Of a stretch of DNA of 64,000 nt, positions 51,805 through 61,457 are shown in pieces. The number at the start of each line of letters is the position of its first letter. The first letter of the stretch is position 1. The stretch lies in IMG/VR virus record IMGVR_UViG_3300050821_008162, positions 5,430 to 69,429 of that record. One strand, 5' to 3'. Source of the DNA: a virus. A model generated the notes under the pieces. That model searched no databases. It saw only the letters and a program-made list of their open reading frames with translations, and was not told the DNA's origin. The translations under genes and the position numbers were made by a program.

Positions 51805-52183
51805 AGGTTCCTTCCCTTGTTACAAGTCCCATTTCAACGGCGTCCTCCTCGCCCTCCTCGGTCTCAACGAGGATGTCGAGTAGCTCTTCGCGTTCCTTCT
51901 CGGTAAGCAGCTTGTCGGCCTCCAAGCCCTTCTGAATCACCTGCTTGATCCAGTCGCACAGCTGCTCGAACCGCCTGACCTCGTATTGCTTCTCGCGAAT
52001 GCGCTCGCCCTCGGTCGGCGGGATGTTGACCAGCGCGACCAATGCGGCCGCCGCCTCGATCTTCGCGAGTTGCAGCATCGCCATGACGGGGCGTAAGCCG
52101 TTGGTCGCTGCGAGTTGCGTCTCAAGCTCCATCGAGATCGCGAACATCTGCGCGACCGCGATGGCCTCCAAAGGCTCTGTCAT
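51785..52183 (-). CDS. Small helical head-module protein
   Basis: Upstream of scaffold; helical acidic composition. Confidence 0.6.
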   Translation of the reverse strand: MTEPLEAIAVAQMFAISMELETQLAATNGLRPVMAMLQLAKIEAAAALVALVNIPPTEGERIREKQYEVRRFEQLCDWIKQVIQKGLEADKLLTEKEREELLDILVETEEGEEDAVEMGLVTREGTYAPEQS

Positions 52184-52227
52184 GTGATGTCCCAGAAGTT
52201 GGCGGCTCGCGGAGCGCGAGTGCCGCC

Positions 52228-53052
52228 TTAGAGCTCGCCGGTCGCGAAAAGCCCGAGCACGGCTTCAATGGCGTCCTGGACGTCCCGCGCGTCGGCGATC
52301 TCGTCCGGCCGCAACGGCGGCGGCGTCTCGATCGCCGGCAGCGGCGGGAATGGGCGCGCCTCGATCTCGCCGCGCGGTGGCGGCGGTGGTGGAAGCAGCG
52401 GTCGGGGCGGATCAGCCTGCGTGCGCGCCGTCTTGTAGGCGCCGCGGTTGACCTTCGGGCCGCGCCAGATCGACGTGCCGCCCTTGGTGACGTCGATGAC
52501 GATGGTGCCGGCGCCGGCCGTGAGACCGTTGCCGACCAGAATCGCGTTGTCGCCGCCGAGGATCAGTCCGGCCTGGGCCGTGCCAAAGACGCCGGAGAAG
52601 AAGGCTTGCAACGCAGCCGAGGCGCTCCCGGCCTGGGCGGTCGCGCTGACGCCCGTCAGCGGCGCGCTATCGCTCGGCGTGATCGTGCCGGCCTGCGCTG
52701 TGGCGGCGACGCCAGTGATCGTCGCCCCGACCCGCGGGGTAAGGTTCCCGGCGGCCGCGGTGGCGGCGACGCCGGCTACCGTGATGGCAACGGATGGCGT
52801 GATCGCGCCGGCCGATGCAGCCGCCGCCACGCCGGTGACGGCGCCCGCGACGGTCGGCTGCGAGATCGTGCCGGCGCTCGCGGTGGCAGCAACACCAGCG
52901 ACCGTGACGGCGACGCTCGGCGTGATGTTGCCTGCGGTCGCAGTGGCGGAAACGCCGGTGAGGTTGACGTTGAGCGGCGCTCCGGCGAGATTCGGGAGAT
53001 ACTTCTTACGCCTGCGCCAAAGGCGCGGAAGTTGCCGGACAATAAGGGGCAT
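52228..53052 (-). CDS. Repetitive virion protein (~21-aa GVxATAxAGxI repeats)
   Basis: About 7 tandem repeats of (L/V)(T/A)GV(S/A)ATAxAGxI(T)P. Confidence 0.75.
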   Translation of the reverse strand: MPLIVRQLPRLWRRRKKYLPNLAGAPLNVNLTGVSATATAGNITPSVAVTVAGVAATASAGTISQPTVAGAVTGVAAAASAGAITPSVAITVAGVAATAAAGNLTPRVGATITGVAATAQAGTITPSDSAPLTGVSATAQAGSASAALQAFFSGVFGTAQAGLILGGDNAILVGNGLTAGAGTIVIDVTKGGTSIWRGPKVNRGAYKTARTQADPPRPLLPPPPPPRGEIEARPFPPLPAIETPPPLRPDEIADARDVQDAIEAVLGLFATGEL

Positions 53053-53064
53053 ACAAAGCCCCTA

Positions 53065-53541
53065 TTACGGGGTTTCTTCCCAGCGGATGGTGCCGGAGCA
53101 ATTGGTCGACGACGGCGCTGCGTTGAGCGTCAGCCCAAGTCCCTCGCCGGCGAGACAGGCCGCGCGTTCATCGACATCTGCGGGCTGGTACTCCCACGGC
53201 AACAGAACGTCCCATGTGTACGATTCGAGCGTCTGCGTCGTGGTGCTGCTCGCCTGCGACGTGTCGTTGGCATGAGCAGCCGCCGTCGTGGTCGCTTTGG
53301 TGTCGCCATCGTTGACGAGGTTGACCGTCGGCGTCGAGCCGCCGGACCCCGCCGTCACGGTCGCACCGGTGTAGCGCTTGAGCGACAACCGAAATTCTGT
53401 GGCCGATGTCTGACCGATCGCGCCGAGGCAAATGTAGCGCAACTTGAGACCATTGGCCGTTCCGGCTTTGACGAAAAAGATGTCCTGCACAGCCGAGATC
53501 GCGACGTTCTCGAACTGCATGACGTAGACACGCGAGCCCAT
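53065..53541 (-). CDS. Beta-rich putative virion protein
   Basis: Ends SGTIRWEE; Thr/Ser-rich. Confidence 0.6.
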   Translation of the reverse strand: MGSRVYVMQFENVAISAVQDIFFVKAGTANGLKLRYICLGAIGQTSATEFRLSLKRYTGATVTAGSGGSTPTVNLVNDGDTKATTTAAAHANDTSQASSTTTQTLESYTWDVLLPWEYQPADVDERAACLAGEGLGLTLNAAPSSTNCSGTIRWEETP

Positions 53542-53544
53542 GCT

Positions 53545-54627
53545 CTATCCCCTTCTGAAAAACACTTTCTTGCGGCGATAGAGACCGCCGAAAGGCGTGT
53601 AACTGATCGCGATCAGGCCCTGGAATGCGCTGCCGCCACCACCACCGGTGCCGCCCGCCGCGCCTGAGCAGAGAGCCGCACCGCAGCCGCCGCCGCCGCC
53701 GCCGCCACCGCCGCCACCACCGCCGCCGTAGTGACCGCCCGCTCCGCCTGTCGATCCGGGGCTTCCGGGGTTGCCGGCGCCGCCGCAGTTCTGCGGACCA
53801 CCGGCCCCGTGAGCCCCGACGCTGCCGCCGCCGCCTGATCCATGCGTCGCGTCAAACTGAGTGCCGTTGGCACCGCCCGCGGTATTGCCGTTGTCGCCCG
53901 TCGGAGTGCCGCCCGCGCCGTGCGGGCCGGCTGCGCCGCCTCCGAGACCACCGTCGCCACCATTGCCGCCGGCCGCGCCCGTGTTGAGGCCACTGCTACC
54001 GGCGACCCCCGAGCCCCCGCCGTTTCCGTTGCCGCCGCTAAACTTCGTCGTGCCGACACCGGACGCGGCAGCACCGCCGGTTGAGCCGGACGCGGCCTTG
54101 GCCAGGACCGTGGCCGAGCTAACGACCCAGGTATCGCCAGCGCCGACCTGAATGTTGGCGGTGCCACCGGGCGTGAGCGCAAGATTGTTGACCAACGAGA
54201 AGGCGCCGCCGCCACCACCGGCCCCGCCGTTGCCGCCCGTGCCACCTGTCGTGCTGAAGGTGGAGCAGGCCCCAGGGGCGGTCGTTCCGGATGCGCCGGT
54301 GGCTCCGCTGCCGCCGCCCGCTCCGGCGCCGATGGTGTTGACCGTGTTCAGGCCAACGTTGAAATCGGCCGGAACAGGTACGGTCGCGCCCGATGTCGCG
54401 AAGAAGAAAAAGGTAACAGCGACGAAATCATCACGCTGTGACAGCGCGATCCATTCATCGAGGCTGAATGCCTCGCGCTCGACAACGTACTGTCCCGGAA
54501 CCACCGGATTTTGCTGCGGTGGCGCAAACCCGCGCCGCACCGCGGCCGTGCCCAGGGAGAGCACCAGCGCCGCGCTCGCGACGAAGCTGAGGTAAACCAG
54601 CCCGTTTCTCGGGCCCAGAATTTTCAC
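53545..54627 (-). CDS. Glycine-rich protein with hydrophobic N-terminus
   Basis: IGAGAGGG...GGGGGAFS...IQVGAG...GGGGG...QGLIAISY. Confidence 0.7.
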   Translation of the reverse strand: MKILGPRNGLVYLSFVASAALVLSLGTAAVRRGFAPPQQNPVVPGQYVVEREAFSLDEWIALSQRDDFVAVTFFFFATSGATVPVPADFNVGLNTVNTIGAGAGGGSGATGASGTTAPGACSTFSTTGGTGGNGGAGGGGGAFSLVNNLALTPGGTANIQVGAGDTWVVSSATVLAKAASGSTGGAAASGVGTTKFSGGNGNGGGSGVAGSSGLNTGAAGGNGGDGGLGGGAAGPHGAGGTPTGDNGNTAGGANGTQFDATHGSGGGGSVGAHGAGGPQNCGGAGNPGSPGSTGGAGGHYGGGGGGGGGGGGGGCGAALCSGAAGGTGGGGGSAFQGLIAISYTPFGGLYRRKKVFFRRG

Positions 54628-54977
54628 TTGACGACTGTCCCGTCGACCAGGAGCACGCCGGCTTCACCGGCTTCACCAGCCGGCCTCGGCTCCGGCAACG
54701 GATGCTGATCGATCGAGCCCGCCGCCATGTTGACGAAAATCGTATCGGGTTCGAGCACCATGATCTGATGCTCGATGTCCGGCGGTAGCTCGCGATTGGC
54801 ATCCGCCGGCGTCATCTCGACCGTGGGTTCGCCCTTGATCTCAAGTCGTGTCCGGCCGCGAATAACCCGGTGCCCATGCGGCGTCGGGTGGAGATGCCAC
54901 GGCAGACCATCGCCGGGAGCGCCCTCGAAGACCGAGGCGATGACCCCGTAGGCCACGACCGTACTTACCCGCATCAT
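54624..54977 (-). CDS. Cupin-domain protein
   Basis: GDGLPWHLHPTPHGHRVIRG...LPPDIEHQIMVLEPDTIFVN. Confidence 0.75.
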   Translation of the reverse strand: MMRVSTVVAYGVIASVFEGAPGDGLPWHLHPTPHGHRVIRGRTRLEIKGEPTVEMTPADANRELPPDIEHQIMVLEPDTIFVNMAAGSIDQHPLPEPRPAGEAGEAGVLLVDGTVVK

Positions 54978-55672
54978 GCGATCCGGAGGATGGCATTGAC
55001 GGCGTCGGCGGTGGGCATGACGGCAGTGAAGGTGCCGGAGGTAACGGTCTGCGTTCCGCCGAAGTCATGCACCGAGATCGTGCGGCCGTTGAGCGGCGTA
55101 GCAGCGGCACCGAGCCGGGTGGACGAGTTGTAGATGATGCCGGCGGTGCAGGAGAACGACGCCGAGGTCCACGACGGGTTCGGCGAGAAGTTGGTGATCG
55201 CCGTCGTGCCCGACGGATTGGACGGCGTCACGTTGGTGAGTGCGGTGCCTCCGGACACGTAGCCGGTGCCGGACGTCTCGTCGGTGCCGACGTTGGTCGC
55301 GGTGGGCGAGCCGGCACCCGGTGTCCCGACGTTGGTCTGCGTGCCATCGAAGGTGCGCGTCGGTGACACCTTGATGAGCAGCATCTTGAACACGTCGGCC
55401 GTGAACGCGATGCTCGATCCGGCGGCGCCGGTCGCGGCCTTGCTCATGGTGACTTGCGTCGCCGAGTCGATCGACGCGATGACGGCGCCGGCGGGGATAT
55501 TCGTGCCGGTGACTGCCATGCCGACGGACAGCCCCGCGGTCGAGGCGAGGGCGGTGATCGTGAACACGCCGTTCGACGTCGTTCCGGTCACGCCTGACTG
55601 CGTCGCGTTGAAGCAGTGCGTGGATTGGAGGAGCTCGACCTTGGCGGAGGTGCAGAAGGCGGTGGTTGCCAT
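54974..55672 (-). CDS. Virion structural protein with inserted beta module
   Basis: AFCTS.K.ELL...H.F, DVFKMLL, E.SGTGY.SGG..LT, V.DFGG..T.TSGTFT..MPTADA.NAILRIA. Confidence 0.75.
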   Translation of the reverse strand: MATTAFCTSAKVELLQSTHCFNATQSGVTGTTSNGVFTITALASTAGLSVGMAVTGTNIPAGAVIASIDSATQVTMSKAATGAAGSSIAFTADVFKMLLIKVSPTRTFDGTQTNVGTPGAGSPTATNVGTDETSGTGYVSGGTALTNVTPSNPSGTTAITNFSPNPSWTSASFSCTAGIIYNSSTRLGAAATPLNGRTISVHDFGGTQTVTSGTFTAVMPTADAVNAILRIA

Positions 55673-55675
55673 GGA

Positions 55676-56221
55676 TCAGGCCGCCTTTCGCCGCGCCAGC
55701 CAGGCGCGGACGTGCGGGTCGCGATGGTCGTGGTCGGGGTTTTCGCTTGCCCGGTGGTCCGGGCCGATGGTGTGCCCCTTGGCGACCCAGTCGCGCTCGA
55801 TGTCGATCGCAGTTGAGAACCACGAGCCGATGACGCCGCGCACCGCCTCGCGTACCTGCTCGGTCTGGAAGTGCGGCTCGAACACCGTGCCCTTGGCACA
55901 GTTCACGACGGTCGCGACGGCATCCTCGAGCGTCTCGGCGTGCGGCGCGTGTTTGCTCGGATCGAGCGGCTGCGACAGCCGCGCCGTGCCAACCTCGCGG
56001 AGCAGCTTGCGCTCCTCGATCTGGACGTCGTGGTGGTGCGCCTCGATCTCGTCCTGGATGTCCAGGAGAAGGCGCGGCAGTTCGCGGCGGGCGCGGCGGG
56101 CGTCATCCGATTGCGAGGTGGCGTCGATCGCGATCAGGTCGCCGATCTTCTGGGCCGCCCAATAGGCCAATTTCTCCGGCGGGTGGGCGCCCCCGTCGGT
56201 GACGAATCCCTGGATGAGCAT
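55676..56221 (-). CDS. Hypothetical late protein
   Basis: Starts 1 nt after the portal stop; TDGGAHPPEKLA. Confidence 0.65.
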   Translation of the reverse strand: MLIQGFVTDGGAHPPEKLAYWAAQKIGDLIAIDATSQSDDARRARRELPRLLLDIQDEIEAHHHDVQIEERKLLREVGTARLSQPLDPSKHAPHAETLEDAVATVVNCAKGTVFEPHFQTEQVREAVRGVIGSWFSTAIDIERDWVAKGHTIGPDHRASENPDHDHRDPHVRAWLARRKAA

Positions 56222-56222
56222 C

Positions 56223-59003
56223 TCAGGCTCCTGGTTGAGCGAATGGCGGCAGCGGCGGGGGCGTGCGCTGCGCGGGTGGTGGCATGTTGGGAGACGGCGG
56301 CTGGCCGCCGAGCATCATGCCCTTGATCTGATTGGTGACCGGATCGCGGACAAACTCGATGTAGCGCGCCTGCTGCATCTGCTGCTGTTGCGGCGAGGGC
56401 TGCGAGTCCTGCGGCGGCGGCGGCTCGCCCAAGGCTTGGTCGGTCATGTACGACTGACGCACCGGCGGCTCGCCCTGCTGTGGAGGCGCACCACCTTGCG
56501 GCGGCGGGCCTCCGCCACCAGCGGCGGGTGGCGGTCCGGGCGGCGGGGAAGCGCCAGGGTTGCCCTCTGGCGCCCCGCCGGTGCCGGTACCACCACCCGG
56601 TGGCAGCTGTGGCTGCCGCTCCTGGTGGCCCTGTTGGCGCACGTCCATGCCATGCCGGTGGCCGTGATCGCGCGCCGAAAGCAGCATCTCGTTGTGCTTG
56701 TGGCCATGTGTGAAGCCCATATCGCGGGCGGCCATCAGCTGCTCGATCAGCGAATTGACCTGATCGTCCTCGAGCTCTCGTTCGCCGAGCATCGCCTTCG
56801 CGGCGGCCGAGAGCGAGGTGATGAGAGCAGCCTTTGCCCCGGTGCGGTTCTTCTCGATCTTGGACCTGATCTCGTCCGCCTTGAGATCCATCAGCGGGTC
56901 CTGCTGCTTCGGCTGGCCCTGCTTGAAGAAGCGAGCGCCACCGTCGCGGAAGCCGCCGGCGCCGAACACGTATTCGCAGATCGCCTCGACGTCGATTTCC
57001 TTCTCGCCGCGCAAGAACTCGGGCGACTGGGCGATGATCGGGGCGACGATCTGGAGCACCTGGCCGAACTTCATCAGGCGCTGCTGCGGGTCTCCTGCCC
57101 CGAGCCCGACCGAGACGCGCACGGCGATCTCTTCTTCGATCAACTCGTCGTCGATCTTGGAGACGCCGTACTTGGTGAACAGCTGCGCGCGATCCCCACA
57201 GAGCCCGAGGATCACGTCGTCGTGCTCGTAATACTGCTCGAGGCGGACGATCTGGGCGAGGGTTGGGGCACACCACGTCTCGATCCACACGCGGATGTCG
57301 AACTCCTGCACCGCGTTTGCAGAACCCGAAACCAGCTTGAGGCCGCCGAGCGTGCGCGAGAGCGCGTTGTTGCTTTCCGCGGTCTGCCCGTTGAACTGCC
57401 CCGCGAGGTCGTCCATTTCGAGTTCGAGCTCGCGCGTGAGCATTCCCACCGATTGCGGGATGTCCTGCGGCCGGTCGAAGGTGACGTCCTTCTCGTCCTG
57501 CACCATGATGGTCGAGCCGTACGAGCGGCGCTTGACCTGATCGAGGTCGACGCCCTTGCCCTTCACCACCTTGGTGACCGGCATGACGTTCTGCTTCACG
57601 GCATCGAGGCGCAGGTTGACGATGTCGTTCAACTCGCCCTGGTGCTGCTGCCAGGACTCCACCGGCGACATGGGGAACACGCGGTGGGCGTCGAGGTTTC
57701 CCACCCCCATGGTGAGCGGACGTTCCCCGAACTGCTCGGGATAGACCTCGCGGGTGGGCTTCGGGTCGGTGAGGAAAGCCCTGTCGCCGGCGGAGAAGAA
57801 CGTCCAGTCCTCTCCGTCCACCCGCATGAACACCTCGTAGACCCACACCACCTGGAACTGGGTGCCGGTCTGCGACTCGTCCATGCGATCGATGCCGAGC
57901 TCGCGCGAGCGGCGGATCGCCGAGGTGTCGGTCGTGCCGCTGTCGGTGTTCGCGAGAAGCACCGAAGGCGAGACGTCCTTCCACGGATTGATCGGCGTGT
58001 TCTGCCGCTTCCTCACCTCCTCCATGTTCATCGGCCACTTGATGATGACGTAGGAGGCGGACTGGATCGGGTCGGTCCACTCTGCGGCAGGGTCGAGGGT
58101 GATGTTCTCGGTCGGGATCAGCTGGCAGTCCGGCCGGTCGATGTCCTTGACCCAAACGTCGCGCTTGACCGTCCGCATCTCGCCGGTGCGGTCGTCCCTC
58201 TGCTGCACGGTCTCGACGTGCGACTTGCGAAGCTCGAATTTCCAATACTGCTTCGAGACGCACACGCCCATGATGAGCGCGTTCTGCCGGGCCCCCATCG
58301 CAACCTGGAACCAGGGCATCGCGGCTTTGCCGGAGGAGCGGTCGGTCCGATAGTTGACCACCTCCTCCATGAGCGCGGCGGCGGCGCGCTGGCGGGGATC
58401 GGCCTCGTTCCCAGGAAGGCAGTTGATCGCGTCGATGTTGCCGAACAGGGACGCGGCGACCGCGGCCATGTCCTTCTTGACCGACGTTCGCGTCTTTGGG
58501 CGGAAGAACTTCGAGCGGCTGCGCCAGTCGACCCGGGTGTATTTCGAGCCGGTGAAGTGCTGGTTGTTGTAGGCCCGAAGAGATTGCGACCACGCCTTGC
58601 GATTGACCTGCGCGATGTAGCGGGCCGATGTCGCTTCCGCCTCGCGCACGTATTGCAGGAACGGGATCGAGTCCGGGTCGACGTCGCTGCCCTGCTCGGC
58701 CTCCCGCTGCGCCTGGTTCTCGATCTGGTCGGACGTGCCCGCCATCGTGGCGAGCGTTCCGCTGTCGCCGCCGGCGCCAGTGCGGCTATCGTATCCACCC
58801 CCGCTCCACGATCCGCGACCGCCGGAGCCGACGAACTGCTTGCCCTCGCCGGGTGGCGACGCTGGCGACTGCCCGAGCGGCGGCCCGGCCGAGAACGCGA
58901 TCGGCCGCGCCTTCGAGCGCGGGATCGTCCCCGCCTCGCTCGCGCTATCGCCCCCGGCGATCTTGCCGGGGTCCTCGCCGTGCGGCGTCGTACGAAGTGC
59001 CAT
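56223..59003 (-). CDS. Portal protein (podoviral) with long disordered termini
   Basis: RSKFFRPKTR, NYR, MGVCVSKQYW, NITLDPAA.W, Q.ELNDIVNLRLDAVK, RTLGG; between terminase and scaffold. Confidence 0.85.
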   Translation of the reverse strand: MALRTTPHGEDPGKIAGGDSASEAGTIPRSKARPIAFSAGPPLGQSPASPPGEGKQFVGSGGRGSWSGGGYDSRTGAGGDSGTLATMAGTSDQIENQAQREAEQGSDVDPDSIPFLQYVREAEATSARYIAQVNRKAWSQSLRAYNNQHFTGSKYTRVDWRSRSKFFRPKTRTSVKKDMAAVAASLFGNIDAINCLPGNEADPRQRAAAALMEEVVNYRTDRSSGKAAMPWFQVAMGARQNALIMGVCVSKQYWKFELRKSHVETVQQRDDRTGEMRTVKRDVWVKDIDRPDCQLIPTENITLDPAAEWTDPIQSASYVIIKWPMNMEEVRKRQNTPINPWKDVSPSVLLANTDSGTTDTSAIRRSRELGIDRMDESQTGTQFQVVWVYEVFMRVDGEDWTFFSAGDRAFLTDPKPTREVYPEQFGERPLTMGVGNLDAHRVFPMSPVESWQQHQGELNDIVNLRLDAVKQNVMPVTKVVKGKGVDLDQVKRRSYGSTIMVQDEKDVTFDRPQDIPQSVGMLTRELELEMDDLAGQFNGQTAESNNALSRTLGGLKLVSGSANAVQEFDIRVWIETWCAPTLAQIVRLEQYYEHDDVILGLCGDRAQLFTKYGVSKIDDELIEEEIAVRVSVGLGAGDPQQRLMKFGQVLQIVAPIIAQSPEFLRGEKEIDVEAICEYVFGAGGFRDGGARFFKQGQPKQQDPLMDLKADEIRSKIEKNRTGAKAALITSLSAAAKAMLGERELEDDQVNSLIEQLMAARDMGFTHGHKHNEMLLSARDHGHRHGMDVRQQGHQERQPQLPPGGGTGTGGAPEGNPGASPPPGPPPAAGGGGPPPQGGAPPQQGEPPVRQSYMTDQALGEPPPPQDSQPSPQQQQMQQARYIEFVRDPVTNQIKGMMLGGQPPSPNMPPPAQRTPPPLPPFAQPGA

Positions 59004-59437
59004 CAGGTCGGGATCGGCCGGCCTTGCACGACCAGCTTGGAGTGGATCTCGCGCGCCGAGAGGAACGCGGCCTGATCGAACACGCTACGGGACAGCTTGT
59101 AGCGTTCGAGGATCTCGCCCGCCCCGTGCAGCACGGCCTTGTCGAGGCTGCCCGCTCGCGGGAGGTTGACCACGTACCAATGGTTCGTGCCCATCAGCAG
59201 CGGGATCGAGAACATCACGACCTTGTTGGCGAGGTCGGCGCGCACGCACCACTCGTAGCCCACCGGAAAGCGGGTCAAGAGGTAGGTGCGGATCCACTTC
59301 GCGAGAGTGAGATCCTGCTCCTTGTACGGGTCCGCCTCGCCGCCGGCCGGCGTGACGTGCTGCACCATCACCGTGGCGTCGTGGACGCCGAAGCCGCGCT
59401 CCTCGGTGATGAAGCCTTCGGTGATGACCTCGGTCAT
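59003..59437 (-). CDS. Hypothetical phage protein (MTEVITEG...)
   Basis: TGATG couplings on both sides; GAGEILERYKLSR. Confidence 0.65.
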   Translation of the reverse strand: MTEVITEGFITEERGFGVHDATVMVQHVTPAGGEADPYKEQDLTLAKWIRTYLLTRFPVGYEWCVRADLANKVVMFSIPLLMGTNHWYVVNLPRAGSLDKAVLHGAGEILERYKLSRSVFDQAAFLSAREIHSKLVVQGRPIPT

Positions 59438-60555
59438 CAGGCGGCGCCGACCGTGAAGGTGCCGATCGATTGCAGGACTGCGGCGGAGAGCGACGTCAGG
59501 GTGACGTAGAACTTCCGCATCTGGTTGGTCACCGTCATGGTGCCCTGGAGCGTCCAACCGGCCGCCGTGGTCACCGTGTAGGTGTGGGTGCCGTCGCGGC
59601 CGATGATGTCGAGCTCGTAGGTCATCCCGGGCTGCGGGTTGACGCCCGCGACCGTCATGGCGGCGACGAGGAGCGCGACCGTCGGCAGCGTGAGGGTGGT
59701 GGCGCCGGCCTGGGTGCCGGTCATGTCGACCGTGACTTCCTCGGTGCCGCCGGTGAGTTGCGCGCCGGTGAGCGTGATCGAGGCGTTGACCGTCGCGACC
59801 GTGTTGTAAGCCTGCTGCGGGGCGCCGGAGCCGGACAAGACCGTGTGCCACACGCCTGCCGCGGTCGTGAAAAACTCGGCCACGCCGCCAGGTGGGACCG
59901 CAAAGGCGTTCGAGGCGCCGAGGGAGTTGATCTGATCGGTCCCGTTCGGGAACACGTTGAGGATCTTGGCGCCGGCGTTGATGACGCTGATGTTGAGGCC
60001 GGGCGCTGCGGCCATAAGGACCGCGCTGTCGCCGTTGTTGGCCACGGTGGTGAAGCGCGCGATCGACGTGGCGATCGCGGTCGCGGAGCCCTGCCCGCCG
60101 CCCGCGTGCGCCGTCAGCGCGTCGGCGAAGTTGAACGTGGCCTGCGAGCCCGAGAAACCGCCGCCGAGCCCCTGCGCGCGCCAGGCGCCGGCCTCGGTGT
60201 TGTTGAACCAGACGATCGAGTTCGCCATCACGGAGACGCCGGTCGCCCCGGCGACGCCGTTGATGGTGTCGGAGCCCTGCGCGAACACCTGCATCGGATT
60301 CGCGCCGGCATTGGTGACGCAGATCGAAAGCGCGCCGCCAAGGAAGGAACTGACCGGCGGAAGAACTGCGCTGTCGTTCGCACTCGCCACCGTGGTGAAG
60401 GTGCAGAACATCGAGTCGATCGGCGTGGCGGAAGCGCGTCCGCCGTTGGCGTGCGCCGTCATGCCGGCGTTGAAGGACTCGCACCAGAAGCGGCCGAGCC
60501 AGCCGAAGCCAGCTTCCTGCTGAACCGTGCCGGCGTCGTTTTGGAATCCGCTCAC
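59437..60555 (-). CDS. Virion fibre/decoration protein with two tandem ~95-aa domains
   Basis: TAHAxGG..SAT.I....FTTVA...DSAVL...NAGA....VF..G.D.IN repeated twice; SD GAGGAG. Confidence 0.7.
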   Translation of the reverse strand: MSGFQNDAGTVQQEAGFGWLGRFWCESFNAGMTAHANGGRASATPIDSMFCTFTTVASANDSAVLPPVSSFLGGALSICVTNAGANPMQVFAQGSDTINGVAGATGVSVMANSIVWFNNTEAGAWRAQGLGGGFSGSQATFNFADALTAHAGGGQGSATAIATSIARFTTVANNGDSAVLMAAAPGLNISVINAGAKILNVFPNGTDQINSLGASNAFAVPPGGVAEFFTTAAGVWHTVLSGSGAPQQAYNTVATVNASITLTGAQLTGGTEEVTVDMTGTQAGATTLTLPTVALLVAAMTVAGVNPQPGMTYELDIIGRDGTHTYTVTTAAGWTLQGTMTVTNQMRKFYVTLTSLSAAVLQSIGTFTVGAA

Positions 60556-60567
60556 ATTGCTCTCCTC

Positions 60568-60595
60568 AAAAAGAAAAGGCCGCCCGAAGGCGGCC
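60568..60595 (-). terminator. Intrinsic terminator
   Basis: GGCCGCC-TTCG-GGCGGCC-TTTTCTTTTT. Confidence 0.75.
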
Positions 60596-60621
60596 CGCGA
60601 CGATCTCGATGTGGTGGTGGA

Positions 60622-61194
60622 TCAGCCCACGAGGGCGCTGTAGGGACTGCCCTCGCTATCGACGGAGATCAGCGCGTCGTTAGCGTCGGGGAACTGCACG
60701 CGAAGGTCGGTGTAGGTGTTGCCCCGCACCGTGAAGGTCCTGACGATCTGGGCGGAGCGATCGCGGAACAGCGTGTTGCTGTCGCCTGGCGCGACCGTCA
60801 TGTCGGACGCGACCGCGTCGTTCACGATGCGCAGCGCGTAGCCCATGTTTGGAACAGCACCCACGATGTCGGCGAACATCTGCGCCGCCGTCCGCATCGT
60901 CAGCACGCCCGGCGAGCCCGAGGTGTTGACGAAGGTGACGAAGTCGTAGCCGACCCCCGTGAGGTCGCCTTGCGCGAAGGTGGCGGGCCCGGAATAGGCC
61001 TGGGTCACCATTTTGTTCGGCGTGTTGTAGGCGCCGCGCTTGTAGGGGTCGGCCACCAGCACCTTGCCGGACGAGGTGACGTACTCGACCTCGCGGTGCT
61101 TCCTGCGCTCGAAATCCGGGTCGGCGACCAGCACCATCGAGAGCCACGGGACTTGGACCGTGGCGCCTTTAGTCGGGGGGCGGTAGAGCGCCAT
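60622..61194 (-). CDS. Putative virion protein, beta-rich C-terminus
   Basis: LTMRTAAQMFADI....GYALRIVN resembles the C-domain of 59437..60555 (LTLPTVALLVAAM...GMTYELDII). Confidence 0.6.
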   Translation of the reverse strand: MALYRPPTKGATVQVPWLSMVLVADPDFERRKHREVEYVTSSGKVLVADPYKRGAYNTPNKMVTQAYSGPATFAQGDLTGVGYDFVTFVNTSGSPGVLTMRTAAQMFADIVGAVPNMGYALRIVNDAVASDMTVAPGDSNTLFRDRSAQIVRTFTVRGNTYTDLRVQFPDANDALISVDSEGSPYSALVG

Positions 61195-61457
61195 CAGTCA
61201 TGCCCCGGCGGGACGCCATTCGGGAACGATGGCAACGGCCCCTGGATCTCGGCGCCCTCCGCCTCGACCTTGGTCATCGGCGTCGGCCGGAAGCCGGCGA
61301 AATTCAGCGTCTGCTCGTGCTTGCAGCGCGGGCAGGTCGCCCGATCGCCGCGGCCGCGCTCGTGCAGGAACACCTCCCCGCAATCGCACGCGACCGGCGA
61401 GGCGTTCGGCGCCTCCCGCCCCCACAGGCGCTCGGGCTTCTTGTCGAGGATCTTCAC
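61194..61457 (-). CDS. Small zinc-ribbon protein
   Basis: SD GGAGG, GTG start overlapping the ATPase stop; CDCGE...TCPRCK. Confidence 0.6.
   Translation of the reverse strand: MKILDKKPERLWGREAPNASPVACDCGEVFLHERGRGDRATCPRCKHEQTLNFAGFRPTPMTKVEAEGAEIQGPLPSFPNGVPPGHD

Noticed and set aside
52600-54330. Tandem DNA repeats or diversity-generating retroelement
   Set aside because: Repeats are protein-level (Gly-rich and GVxAT) with synonymous divergence; no reverse transcriptase or TR/VR pair seen
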